From positions 180,619-244,618 of the forward strand of contig PS015039.1 in NCBI GenBank assembly GCA_048213135.1: a stretch of DNA of 64,000 bases, in the 5' to 3' direction. The notes below the pieces were generated by a model. The model saw only the letters and a program-made list of their open reading frames with translations. It ran no database searches and had not been told where the DNA came from. Of this stretch, positions 51,688 to 64,000 are shown piece after piece (within the stretch, counting starts at the first letter, position 1; every line of letters starts with the position of its first letter). The position numbers were made by a program, and so were the translations under genes. Source of the DNA: Reclinomonas americana ATCC 50394 (lineage: Eukaryota).

Positions 51688-54600
51688 TCACCGCAGAAGG
51701 GAGAATGGCCGTCCCTCAGCACCGGCACTAGCTCCAGTTGGTCCCATGACCGCACCGTGCTGTACCAGCAGACGGGTCTGTCGTGGCAGCAGGCCCTTGA
51801 CTCCCGCCAGACTCACTCCAACAAGATTAAGTGATCGCAAATCCACCAGCGGCTGTCGGCATCACAGCAAGTCAGGACACATACACACAAAGACGACTCG
51901 CACTCCACGCACCGCAGCAGCAGCAACACCGTCACCCTGCGCCGCCAGCGATATCGCTGTCAGCCAGTGGAACGTCAGCTTGTCGCCCATTATCTGGAAG
52001 TGCAGCACATCGACGTGTTCGCCGTCTGGTGTGAAACGATACAGCGCCTTTTCCTTGTCGCTCGTCGGTCTGACAACGAGGCGGATGGTGTCAAGAGAGC
52101 GCACATCCCGAATGCGACCTCCGCGTCGCGTCTCGTACCACGTGCCCTGCAGCACCCCCCTGCAGTCAGCGAGATGTCCCGAATACAGAATGCCACTACC
52201 CACAACGCACCACGAAGAGCGCGCCAGGCGACAAGCACAGGTTCACGATACGAGGTGCGCAGCTGAAACGATGCCAGCTGCCTCGTTCAACGCCCGATTC
52301 GACATCCCACAGTACAACACCGCCGTCGTGAGACAGAGATGCGAGCGTGTTGCCGGATGGATCGAACTCGACACTGCGTGTTGTCGCGTGAGTCGTGCGC
52401 CTCTGCGTTTGTCAATGCAGCGGCGACAACGGATTACCAGGTGATGAATGACCGCTCGTGTTTCGGGCTGCACAGGGTCTTGCTCCGCCGGTACAGCCGT
52501 TTCTCGACGTCCCATTGCCAGATGGTCACCTTGGAATCCATTCCGCCCGACGCAAGAAGCTGCACTCCGTCGGCACGGGGCTCACAGAATCGCACGCACT
52601 GCATGATAGGCAATGAGAAAACGGGAGCGAGTCGACATCACAAGACACATATGAACGCACCGTGACACCGTCGCGGTGGCCGAGCAGCGTCTGCGCCGGT
52701 GACACCAAGGTGTGTACAGTCTGCAACGCGCGAAAGTGAGATCGAATGCAATCAGAGTTCGGGCACAGATTGCTTCACCTCGCCAGCCAGTGGCAAAGTC
52801 CAGATGTCGATGCGATTGTCGCGACGAGCAGTGGCCTGTCCGCCAAGCAAACGTGAACAACGTTGTCAAAGGAAACAGAACACGAGTACGCGCTCACCAT
52901 TGTCTTTCCGTCACTCGACAGCGCCATGCTGACAGTCGAGATACTTCCACGATCAATGTAGAACAGCAGACGCCCGTCGTTGAGTGCCCACACAAAGGTC
53001 TTGCCGCCGGTGCAGCTGGCAGCGAAGAGAACTCGGTCGGATGCCGCGCCAGAGAAACAGCTGCTGATGAAGCGGTTCTCCATTGTGGAGCGACGCTCCA
53101 AAATCACGGTAGGCAACACCGCCTGACCACTGGCGGCCTCCGTGGTCCACGCGCGTGGACGTGGCGATCCGCTCATGTAGTCGACCGCCACCACGTGGCG
53201 CAGGTCGGGAGAGCAGTAGATCGCCCGTTGAGAGTCCGGACGCGGCGGTGCCACGATGCGCTCGTCACCGAGCATCCACGAGCGCACCGTCTGATCAGCA
53301 GACGCGGAGACAAGCCGCTCACGGCCATTTCGCTCGCGGGCAAAGCGAACACTGCGCACCCATCCGCTGTGTGCACTGATACTGCGCAGAAGGCGCCAGC
53401 TTTCCGTGTCGAACAGACACACAGTGCAGTCGTTGCCGCAGGACGCAAGATACGAGCCATCGGCAGAGAAGTTCAGATCCCACACCTGCACTTGCACGTT
53501 AGCGGCACGCCACAACGATTGAGAAGCGGGAAGAACGCACCCAGCCGGTGTGCTCTCGCAGCGTGTGCTCCACCACCCACGTGCTGTCGTCGGAGGTACT
53601 TTGCAGCCACACACGGACGGCCTGATCACGTCCGCCCGTGGCGATCACGGAAGGCAGCTGCGAACGGACGGCGACGGCATTGACACTGTCGGAGTGCTTC
53701 AGTGGTTTGGAGCGCGGAACCCACACTTGTTCGTCGTCTTGCTGTGAGGTCGAACCGGCGGGCAGCTGCTGCTCCCACAGGCGCACCATTCCGTCCCAGC
53801 TTGCCGACACCAGCACTTCGACGCCGTCAACTACTGCAAACGTCACATCTTGGACGGGACCGGAGTGGCCGTGCAGCACGCCGTGCGGAAGCAGCTTCAA
53901 GCGACCCGCTGCACACTTGTAGAGCCGAATCTGCGCGATCAACCAAGAAAGAATGAGCACTGGCGTGCACAAGAATAGTGAAAGACTGACAACTCTCGTC
54001 ATGCCGCCGTCCACCTACCGTGTGATTGGAGAAGCCGACAGCGAGCAAGCCGAGGTGAGGAGTCGAAAATGCCAAGCTTTCGGTGCAGTACGGGCGCGAC
54101 GTAGCAGTGTGAGCCAGCTGTGCGACGAATCAATGTCAGGCCGCTGCAAGTTAAGGGTCACGCTTGCCAGTTAAAGACGCAACCACACGCTCGCACAACA
54201 TGGGAGCCACTTGCAGGTCACAGAGGTTGACAGCAATATCTGCAGTGGCAATGCGCATTTAAAAACCCCCGTGCAACAACAGTCACCCAGTGCTGACCAC
54301 GCAACAGCTCTCATCGGTGAACGAGAAGGAGCGGTCAAACTCGGTGCACAGTCGATTCATCACATGTTGCAGTTCGGTGTCATTCACATCGACCAAGTCC
54401 GCGTGCGTGAACAGCACCAGCAAGTCAGGCTGCGTGCATCAACATGAGTGCTGTGCGCCACACTCAAGACGATCCCACTATGCGAACGAAACTCTCAGTC
54501 CGCGGATCGATGCCAGGTGCGGTGCGCATGTTACCAGCATGGACAACCACTGCACTTGGTCCTGCAGTGATCGTGCTGTGGCAAGGATGAAGATGTTGAG

Positions 54601-57600
54601 CAAGAACAATGCAACCCGCCTGCCAGCACAGCAGCATCAAGACGCAACAGGAGCTTAGGTCGACGGTGAGGCACACCAGCGCCACCGACTGCCCTGTGGA
54701 AGGCACTGTATCCCCGCATATGAATGTTGGTCACACGGATTGAAGAAACACACAAGAAATTGCAACGGAGAATGCACACACACACCAAATGCGGCCGTCA
54801 TGTCGGACTCGTTCTCCACGACAACAATCTCGAAGCTCGCCTCCTCCGTATCGATGCGACTCACGCCACCGCTCTCATCGACCGACGACGACGTGTGACG
54901 ACGGAGAACTCCAACCAACTCGGCTTTGCCGGATTCAGGCGGACCGAGCACCACACTGCGAAAAAAATGTGCATGAGCGAGAAGACGACAGCCACTCAGC
55001 GTGCCACACAAACACGCAACATGCGACAAGAAGTCATTGGGTGACGGGCGCGGGTGCCGGGACTTGCAGACTCGGCGGTCGAATTGCAGCAGCAACTATC
55101 GTCGACCTGGTCGACCAATTCCAGCCGGTCGTCGTCGCCTCGTTGGAACAGGCACACATCGCAGCCCTTGCCACCCGACGCCACGTATCGTCCATCCAGC
55201 GAGAATTCGACCACCGGCGGTGCATCCTTGTGTTCGTGCACCACACCGCAATCGACTCCGTCCTCGGCATACAGACGAATCGTGCCATCGCTGCAACAGC
55301 TCACGCATTCGGATCGAATCACACCATCGCACACGCCACATAAAAATGCTTACCGACACGCCGTGACCATCAATGGTGAAGTCGGGCAGCAGGCGAGCGA
55401 ATTGATGCCGACATCGTGACCCGGCTGACACGGCACCTCCGTGACCGGCAGCTGATTGAACGAGCAGCCCTCCAAATTCGCACCCTCCAGCTTCGCATTC
55501 GGCGCCCACACGCCCTCCAAATAGGCACCACGCATGTCGGCACCTCGCAAATCGACGCCCTCCAGCGACGCAAACGAAAGATTCGCTCCACATGCCGCCA
55601 CGTTGCGCATGTCACCGGCCAGTCGCGGATCGGTGGCGAATTCGAAGCCACACCAGTTGAGAAGCGAAATGGCTGAACGATGCAAGTTGTGTGCTTTCAG
55701 CAACACAAACAGGAAGGCAGAGAGGTTGTGCACGCAGTGCGTCTCACCATTGCCTGACGCGACGCTAATCTTGGCGGCGTATTCCTTGTTCTTGGAGAGT
55801 CGGACCAAGCGGACGAGCTGATCTTGCAGGCGTGGTGTGTGCTTCAACAGATCCGCATAGAAGACCAACAGAGCGTAGAACTTGGTCAGCGGCAGCGTAT
55901 TCAGGGCAGTCACACCCTGGGCGATCCGAATAAACTCCTCGTCGTCATCATCGGGAGCACTGCATCGCCAGCGCGTGTTAGACGCTGCTGCACCGCACAG
56001 AGGCCACCCCAATCAACGCAACTCCAACAGCACCAGCGTACTGCGCACGTAAAAGTACTGCCGGATCACGTCGTAGCTGAAGCTCCAAATCTGCGGCAGA
56101 ATAATACACGTCGGTTGTGCAAGCCCCACAACAACCACGCAGTCGATCCTCACCTCTGACTGGGAGCCAATTCGGTACTCCAGCACAGTCATCTCGAGTG
56201 GGCACGAGTCCAACAGAAGCTCGGGGTCCATGACAGCGCCGTCCTTGTACAGTGGACCAAGGCGCTTGGCTGGATTGTGCGGCTGCACAAAGACAAACTC
56301 GCGCGACACAAACATCTTCAGCGCCAACCGCTGGCAATAGTCGAGCAGTTCGTCCTCGGTGGGCACTCGGTCGTCAACCCGGCTGCGCGCATCCAGTGCC
56401 CGGCGCATGCGCTCGCGAACAAACTGGTCCAACAGGCGCCACTGGAGCGGGATTCGCCCGCCCAACAACGCCGCGTGGCTCATGGTCGACTCGCACAGCT
56501 GGTCAATGACCAGGCGCAAAAACAGCGGGAAACGCATGAGGTCGCTCAGTTCCGTGGCGGCACTCAGCGCCTCGCTAATGACATCAAACATGTCCTGGCG
56601 CGGCACGTACGCTCGCACGAAATCACGAATCTGCGAGTTGGACAGCGGAGCAAGTGCCACCACGCACAGCCGCCCGGCGTCCGGCTGACCAGTGCGCGTG
56701 GACAGCGGAGCGAACAGAGTCGGCAACTCGGGTTTCACCGGACTCAGCACGAAGCGCTGGCGACACGTGATGACCAACTTGGCATTCTTCCAATCGGCCA
56801 GCTGACAGACGAGCACGGGCGTACAAGAGTGAAAAAATGCGGTTGTGTGTGTGGAAAACAAGGACTCGGCGCAAACCTCAGGGAACTGAGTGAACACGCT
56901 CTTCTCCACCATGAGACTCTCCCAACCGTCCAGGAAGAACACCGTCGGCAAGTTGCGCAGCTCGTTGATTTCGCTGTCGGAGAAGCTGACGCACTCTGGC
57001 GCACGACGCAGCCACTCGCTCGGTCCAATCATGCGGCCGTCGACCCTAGCAAACGACAGCGTCTGGTGCACCGGAAAGAAATTCTGCGAGCCTGCACCCC
57101 ATCGTTCGGCCAGCGAACGAGTTGCCTGCACAGAGAATGTTCTGCGCGCGTGTGCACGAGAAACACATAAGTCAGCTTAAGGCCTCGCACTCGTCATCCG
57201 CTCGCCCCGTTGAGACGCAACGTTTTCCCGGAACCAACATCAGCCAAAACCACCATGACGCTCTGCACAGATTGGATGTGAGCGAATGGTTGTGGCAACA
57301 AGCGGCGGACAAGAAAGCAAGGAGACCTTGTGAGGCGACTGAAGAAAGGTCTCTAGACGGCCAAATAGGTCCTGCAGTCTGTTGCCTGCACCGGGTGCCT
57401 TTGGAGCAATGTACACGTCGGTGGCCTTGAAGCGCTGCTCCAGCAGGGTCTCTTGTGTCATCAGAAACATGTCGAGTTTGGTACGCACTGCCGCGATGAC
57501 ATATGAGGACAGAGAAAGAAAGCACAGCATTTTTCTCTCGATAGACAACTCACATCCAGAGCCGAGGTTGACATCCGACACCGTACGCGGTAGCACACTG

Positions 57601-60600
57601 AACGCGTCAGTGTCGGAGCTTGAGGCACCCGCCGAAGGCAGAGTGACTGAACCGCTGCGCTGGTTGAAACTGCGCGCCATCCCACCGCTCGCATGCATGT
57701 CGTCGTACAGCAGGCACTCGTTCCAGCGCTCTGCGCGGGGCACGATCATGTCAGCACTCGCAAACGGAATGACAAGGAGGTGAAAACAGGTCGCACACCA
57801 TTGCGCTCCCGCATGGCCAGCAAGTGGTAGTCACGGTCGGAGAGGCACGGGTCACTGCTTCGTCGTGGCAGCGCCACCGGCTGCAGAAAGGTGGTGCTGG
57901 TGACCGAGCGGGCCAGCGTCGCTCGCTGCGTGTCGGCGTCTTGTTCCGCTGCGGGTGAGGACAGTAAGGCCGCTCCCGCCGCCGCCTCGTCGTCATCATC
58001 GCTGACGTCGATGAACGAATCTGTATCCAGCACGTTGCCGACAGGAACCGTGACGTAGTGGCGGTCGAAGACGTCCAGTTCGCAATCGTCGTCACCGGCG
58101 ACACTCACATTGTCGGCACTCACATGTCGCACAGGTGGTGTGGTACCGAGAGACGATGGCGAGCTACTGCGCGAAGCGGCCGACTTGACCAACACAGGAG
58201 TCGGCAACAGACGCAGTGCACGGCTTGCCACGGCGTCGCTGACCAGGGGCAGAACGAAAACGGTGGAGAGCGGGATGTGTGCCGACTGCTCGGCGCTGGC
58301 GGTCAGCACTGCTGACTCGGTGACGGCGGCGGCGTCCAGCGGTCGCACAAGGAGCTCGTCCACTGCGAGCAGGTGGGTGAGAATCAAAGTGAAGCACCGC
58401 TGGAAACGCGTGAGACAGCGACTACTCAACGATGTTGCAGATGCTCGTCCAACACCACGCGGCACGCCTGAATGCGCGCCTCAAAGGCCAGCTCCTCGAA
58501 TCGCTGCGAGTCCACTCGAAGGCGAAGCTCAAGAGCAACAAAGTCGGGAGTGGGCGTGGCCGATTGCAGGTCGACAAACTGCAAAAATAAAAAAAGACGA
58601 AACGTGTTAGATCGATCGATGGTTGATCGCAAGTACATCTCAGCACTACGCACCGTCGGATCAACGAATGGTGCTGAGTGCTCCCGGATTCTGTGCAGCA
58701 CATGGCACAACAAGGCCGCCACTGCGTAATTGAGATGCACGTACGCCTCGAAGAGGAGCTCCTCCACCAACTGCGGCGGGAAAGTAATAGAGAGCGGGTG
58801 AGAAAGCAAGAAGGGAAGATGGGGATACAAGGAGACGCAACTGCAGCAGCCTGCTCGTCGTCACTCAGCAGCGGCAGTGTGCATTGCAACACTGTGCCGA
58901 CCACAGCAATGTCGCAGCGGGCGGCAGCCAATAACAGGGCATGCTGTCCGACGCGATTGCGCTGCACGAGAAGCATTTCTGCGGCCAGAGTCGGCGGAAG
59001 GGCGGCCACAAGAGCCACTGCATTGTGCGAGGTGAGGAAGGAATAAAAAATGGACGGGTAAGAAAAAGAAAAGAGAGAGAGGAGTGCGACGCACCAAGAC
59101 CGGCCATCGCTGCAGACTTGCGCTCACTGCTCGCGTCTGTGCGCGAATCGTCCGACCCGCTGTCGTCGGCGGGCGACGAAACCTAACAATCAACAAGCAA
59201 ACCGTGAACAACAACTCGGATGGAGCTCACATGCCACAGAAACCAACGCACCGTAGAGGAGAGGTTGCCCTGCGAGCCCACGGCGAGCAGCATGGGAAGA
59301 TTGAGCAGCTCGCTGGTCATCAAGGTGGCCAGCTGTGCCGGAGGCACGACCGTCAGCTGGAGAATGGCCACGAAAACTTGCGGATGGGCAAGAGCGGCGA
59401 GTGCCAGCGGTGAAAATCCCACACCAACGGCGATTTCGTCGACCAAAGCCGCGCAGCTGGTGGGACGCAGTCAAAAAAACGGACAGCGACCGGCCGGTGA
59501 GAAGAAGCGGGGAAAATGTGCGCAACAGTTCGGCGGGAGTGACGGTCGAGGCAATGCGGCGCAGCTGAGCAAAGTCGTCGTTGAGAATGGCCTGTTCCGT
59601 CGGCGAGGGGGTCGATGAGTGCACTGCCGATACAATGATGCAATCGAAAAAAAGGCAACGCACCTTGAAGAGAAGCATGCACAGAGCTGCATGTGCGCCG
59701 CCGGTTCCGTTCGGTGTCTGCGGTGCTGGCGAAGCAGCCGAGACGAAGCCACCGGATCCACTGGCCGAGTGACCGGAGGACATGGACGAGGCGCCGGGTG
59801 AGCCGTCGGTGGGCATGGAGCGGTTGGACGGGCGCCGGACGGCCACTGCGGGATCAGAAGAAGGGTAAGGAGAAGGGGAGGAGGGAGGAGAAGGGGGAAG
59901 GGGAAGGAGAAGGGAGAAGGAGAAGGGGAAGGAGAGGGAAAGGAGAAGGGGAAGAAAAAGGTGAAGGAAAAAGGGGAAGGAAAAGGGGGAAGGGGAGGAG
60001 AAGGCGGGGGGAGAAGGGGAGGAGAAGGCGGGAGGAGAAGGCGGGAGGAGAAGGGGAAGGAGTAGGGGAAGCAGAAGGGGGAAGGAACAGAAGTAAGGAG
60101 GGAAGGAACAGGGGGAAAGAAAAGGGGGAAGGGAAAGGGGGAAGGAGAAGGGGGAAGGAGACGGAAGAGGGGAGCAGTGAAGCGAAAATAAACCAAGAAA
60201 GAGAGAGAGAGCGAGAGAGTAAAAACGCAACTCTTGCCAGATAGCTGCTGGGCAGGGAGGCGTCTCTCCACCACCAGCGTCACCCACTGCTCCGACACCT
60301 CCACGTGCCCATCTGTGTGCAGCGTCGCAAAGTACACGTGCGTGCGTCCCTCTTTCTGCGCTCCCAGCACCTGTCGTGAGATACAGCGCACCGGGGAGCA
60401 TGAAAGGCACCCACAAAACGCACCTGAGCCAGCACCTGCACCTTGGTCTGCACATCATCGGTCGATGCACCGAGAGGGCGTACCGTCAACTCGTCCTGAT
60501 CAAGTGTCGGTCAACAGGCAGTGCGTTGCGAAAAAAGAAGGCAGGCAGCGACTCGCAGCGACGCAACAAGGCGAACAAGAGCCGAAGAGTCGGTGCTTGC

Positions 60601-63081
60601 CAAACCGCGCGCAATCACCGGCGACATGGCAGAGACGAGCGGCGGGTGGCGGAAGGTGACCGACGAGGTCTCACCGACGGGCAAATCCTTGCGATGGACC
60701 TTGAAAAAGTAGTCCGCTGCACGACGGGCATGTAAGACAGGGTGAAGAAGAAAGATACGTGTGCTAGCACACGACTCTTACCTCGGCGGACGAGGGCGGC
60801 ACGGTGGATGGCCGGCACACGCGGGTTCTCGTTGGGCGAAAACAGCCACCACATCTACCGGAGAGTGCGCAAGTCCATATTATTCGGCATGCAGAGTCGA
60901 GAAACACAGAAACGATGATGCCTACCTTGTGCATGATGGGCTTGTGGTTGGCCTCGGAGTGCGGATTGGAGAGGTGCACGTCGAGGGCGCCGTCGAGTGA
61001 GACCGGCAACTGGCCACCAATCTGTGCACACCACATTAGGCAATCAATTGAGGGAAAAAAGTCTCGCACTCTACGCGACCACCTGCGTACCTGCACTTGC
61101 ACGCGCAGCTTTTCGAGCTCAGAGTGCTTTGGGTTGCCCTTGGTCTGCTTGACCACAAATGCCACATTGCCGTCGGCCTCGAAACTAGCAATCTGGACAT
61201 TGAAGAACGGGGAAGCAACGCCCTCCAAGGAAATGAGGATGTCGCTGGGAGTTAGCGTCTGCGACGGTTGCCCGACGACATCGTATGGCTCTCGGATCAC
61301 GGCCAACGTGAACTTGGTGGTTGACTCGGCACGAGCAGGACCCTGCACGTGACGCGCACACGTGACAAGGTGCAATATTATGCGCGCTGCGCACTCGGGC
61401 CTACGCACCAAGAACTTGACCCAGGCGTATGCTCCCACTGGCTCCTCCTCCTCGCGCGATTTGAGTGCCACAAAGGTGGGGGTGGAGAATCGCATGACTG
61501 CCGGAAAAAGCAAGTGAGTGAGCGAGCGGGCAAGTGAGTGATTGTGTTGGCCAAAAAAAAACAACGCACGGTATCGACACTGATGCTGCAGCGCATCAAA
61601 CACCAACGTATCCAACAACGGCAACGGTTCCACGCGCTGCCACAGCGCCTCGCCATCCCAGCACGACAGGTTCGGTTCGGGGCAAAACTGCGCACTCGAC
61701 GCCACCACATGCTGCGTGATATGCAGCGGCAAATCGCTATCCCCACCCATCATCATCATCATTGCCGCCGCACCACCACCACCACCAGCACTGCCCGACG
61801 CAGCACCCACAGTCCCGCCACCGCCCATGAACGACAAGGACGCCGCCGGCAACATTGGCAACAACATCGGCAGTGTGCCTCCGCCAACTCCCACACCACC
61901 AATGCCAACACCACCTGCGCCCACATGTACAGAAATGAGCAGACAGAGAGTGCGCATCATAGACCGCGCAGCGCACCCAGCGGTCCTGTAGACACCAGCG
62001 ACGACACTGCCGAGCCCACCGACGGCACCGTACTCGTCCACGCCGAGCTCGCCCCGCCAAAGCTCGACCCGGCCTGCGCAAACCGCCCACCAACAACACC
62101 GCCACTCGCACCAGGCGCAGTCAACCGCCGACTTGCAGAGGCGATGAGGATGAGCACATACACAGGCGAGCGCGAGGTGGATTTGTGTTGCTCACCTCGA
62201 CGACGACGAGGAAGACGACGATCCCGACGAGGACGACAGCGATGACGGCGGAGGCAGTCCCGCAAATGCATGCTGCTGTTGCTGCTGTTGGTGTTGGTGT
62301 TGCAACAGCTAAAACGCAAGGGCGAGAAGGCATTGAGGAAGAGAAGAGAGGGAAGAGCAAGGTGGAAGACAAGGAGGAGAAGCAGGCAAGGGAAGAAGAC
62401 AAGGGGGAAGTGCAAGGAGAGGAGATTGAGGAGAAGAAGAGCAGACAAGGAGGAGAAGCAGGCAAGGAGGAAGAAAGAGCAAGAGCAGGCAAAGGAGAAC
62501 GAGCAGACAAGGAGAAAGCGCAAGGGAGAAGACAAGGAGGAGAAGCAGATAAGGGAAGAAGACAATACGGAAGAGCAAGGGGAGAGATTGAGGAGAAGAA
62601 GTGCAAGGGAGGTAGAAGACAAGGAGGAGAAGCAGACAAGGGAAGAAGACAATGAAGAAGAGAAGAGAGAAGACAATAGAACAAGAGGAGAAGAGCAAGG
62701 AGAAAGAGCAAGGGAGAGGCAATGAGTGCGCCCTGAGACCAACTCACCAATGGTTTATGCTCCACGACTGCTGCAGCAGCTGCGGCTGCGGCTGCTGCAC
62801 CAGTGGCGGTGGTGGCCCAGTCGTAGAGTCCCATGGAGTCGGCCACAGGCACACCTCCTCCTCCGCCTCGTGCAGCAGCCGAGGGCGCAGAGGAGGATGG
62901 AGGAGGCAGAGGCGGAGGCGGAGGCAACTGGTGGTTGTGGAAGTGGTGTGTGCGAGAGGCGGCCATGGTCGGAAGACGCTGAGAGAGAGAGAGAGAGAGT
63001 GAGAGAGCACACACGCGCATAGTGTGAGTGTTTTTTTTTTTGTCGCACGTGGTGATCGTCGTCATCGTCGTCGTCGTCCAT
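51688..63081 (-). CDS. NLR-like STAND protein: low-complexity N-terminus + unknown beta-rich domain + ankyrin-like repeats + NACHT + pentapeptide repeats + WD40 with inserted Roc-like domain
   Basis: Walker A VLADVGSGKT|T (~57220-57255), Walker B VFFLDGWES, LVITCR, LAPLSNSQI, LMRFPLFL; pentapeptides ANLSF ASLEG VDLRG ADMRG AYLEG; more than 10 WD40 repeats; terminal LNLVGVSLAGVKGLL..LLVQHGA motif; ankyrin-like LLFKAILNDD, GFSPLALAA, GQHALLLAA. Start may be 62966, 63081 or 63102. Confidence 0.85.
54184..55030 (-). other. Degenerate Roc/small-GTPase-like domain inserted among WD40 repeats (5 small exons)
   Basis: CRIVVLGPPESGKAEL (G1-like), VALVCLTVDLS..QWLSML, LLVLFTHADL (G4-like), YIAVN (G5 position). 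Confidence 0.7.
59858..60220. repeat. Polypurine/polypyrimidine low-complexity tract inside an NLR-gene intron
   Basis: About 360 nt made almost only of G/A on the plus strand (GGAGAAGGGGAA-type units). Confidence 0.9.
62318..62720. repeat. Purine-rich minisatellite inside an NLR-gene intron
   Basis: Recurrent GACAAGGAGGAGAAGCAG(A/G)CAAGG and GGAGAGATTGAGGAGAAGAAG units. Confidence 0.85.
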
Positions 63082-63750
63082 TTCCTCACGACGGCGTCGC
63101 ATGATTGCTGATGTGTGAGAGAGGGGGTCGTGTTGTGCTCTCTCTGTCTTGTGTGAGTGTGTGAGTGACTGTGTGAAAGGCGAATCGTGTCTGATTGAGG
63201 TCGTGACCACGAGGCTGCCACATGACCGCTCGCTCGTGTGTCTCTCAGAACGCATTGTCGTGGTGGATGCTTGCTCCCAGTCACGCTCTCTGTGGTGCCC
63301 TTGCTGCACATATGTGTGTGAGAGCGAGGGGAGAGAGAAAGTGTGCGGGGAAGGCGGTATTCTTTTTCCGCGCAACGCATTGGATTATTCAATGTCGAAT
63401 GTTGGGCGCATACAAAAGTTGGCATGCGCAGGAGCATGCCGTGGTGGAGAGTGAGAGAGAGAACTGCCTGTCTGTTTGCCTGTTTTGTTTGCATGGTTCG
63501 CAATACGGCCGGAGTTTCATCACATATGCATCCTCGAATCCGCGCCGTGGCCGCGCCGCATCTTCGCATCACCGCACCCCACGCGGCCAGTCTGTCAGGC
63601 ACCGGTCGCTGCAACCGGATCGCATGGGCAGACGCAACTCCAAGGAACAATTATCCGGGCGATGAGGCAGTCGAGCTCCGAATCGCCACCGCCCGGCAAC
63701 TGCCTTCCAAATCGTGAAACGAGCGATATAAACACGACCACAGCAGCATT

Positions 63751-63969
63751 TTACGACCGGGGTGGATATTGTTTCCCGTTCACCGTCCACCGCGTAGGCG
63801 TCTGCTTCTCGGCCTCGACTTGCACCTGCGCCAGCAGCTGCGCGTTGCGGTAGACAGCATGCACGTCGGCGTTGGATTTCTGCACGGCGAATGCTGCAAT
63901 GACACCGGCTGCGGTGCCGCTGGACCACTCCACCGGGTGCACGCGCGTGGCCGAGTTGACAATGAAACT
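63751..63969 (-). CDS. Last exon of an FAD-dependent oxidoreductase (bacterial-like family)
   Basis: SFIVNSATRVHPVEWSSGTAAGVIAA matches the R-x-H-P-x-E-W-x-x-G-x-A-A-G C-terminal motif of FAD_oxidored-type proteins. Confidence 0.7.
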   Translation of the reverse strand, partial: SFIVNSATRVHPVEWSSGTAAGVIAAFAVQKSNADVHAVYRNAQLLAQVQVEAEKQTPTRWTVNGKQYPPRS

Positions 63970-64000
63970 CTGGCATGGTAGAGTGTAAGCACTAGCTGAT

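Noticed and set aside
59693-62742. Arg/Glu/Lys- or Leu/Ser/Phe-rich ORFs over the purine tracts
   Set aside because: Translations of intronic low-complexity repeats.
63683-63697. GCCGGGCGGTGGCG resembling the 5' end of 7SL/SRP RNA
   Set aside because: No recognisable helix-8 (SRP54-binding) motif or UGUNR Alu motif downstream.

Overview
Intron-rich, GC-rich, gene-dense eukaryotic (protist-like) genomic scaffold with the standard code, mostly 55-85 nt GT-AG introns and many N gaps. The ORF track is fragmentary, so genes were rebuilt by hand across introns. Contents in order: (1) a giant surface protein with at least 26 bacterial-style cadherin-like repeats (one ~282-nt phase-1 exon each), then REJ, GAIN/GPS and only the first five TM helices of polycystin-1; part of the array lies on an oppositely oriented contig sharing a 184-bp near-identical block; (2) CAF-1 p60, a 7TM protein, an RI-type LRR protein, DNA polymerase alpha (one small contig flipped; C-terminal Zn-finger cysteines apparently lost), a LysAC-type DAP decarboxylase, HYPK, a five-bromodomain protein, an SGNH hydrolase, an N-acylated TOG/CLASP-like protein, a degenerate cyclophilin behind a spliced stop-start-overlapping uORF, SRP9 and a large unknown protein; (3) an ~11 kb NLR-like gene (ankyrin-NACHT-pentapeptide-WD40) with a degenerate Roc-like GTPase domain inside its WD40 sensor; (4) the tail of an FAD-dependent oxidoreductase. 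Most notable: the NLR with an integrated pseudo-GTPase, the cadherin-polycystin hybrid, and a very common one-nucleotide-shifted 5' splice-site class (GTTGCGT). All family calls come from motif recognition by eye; no database searches were run.
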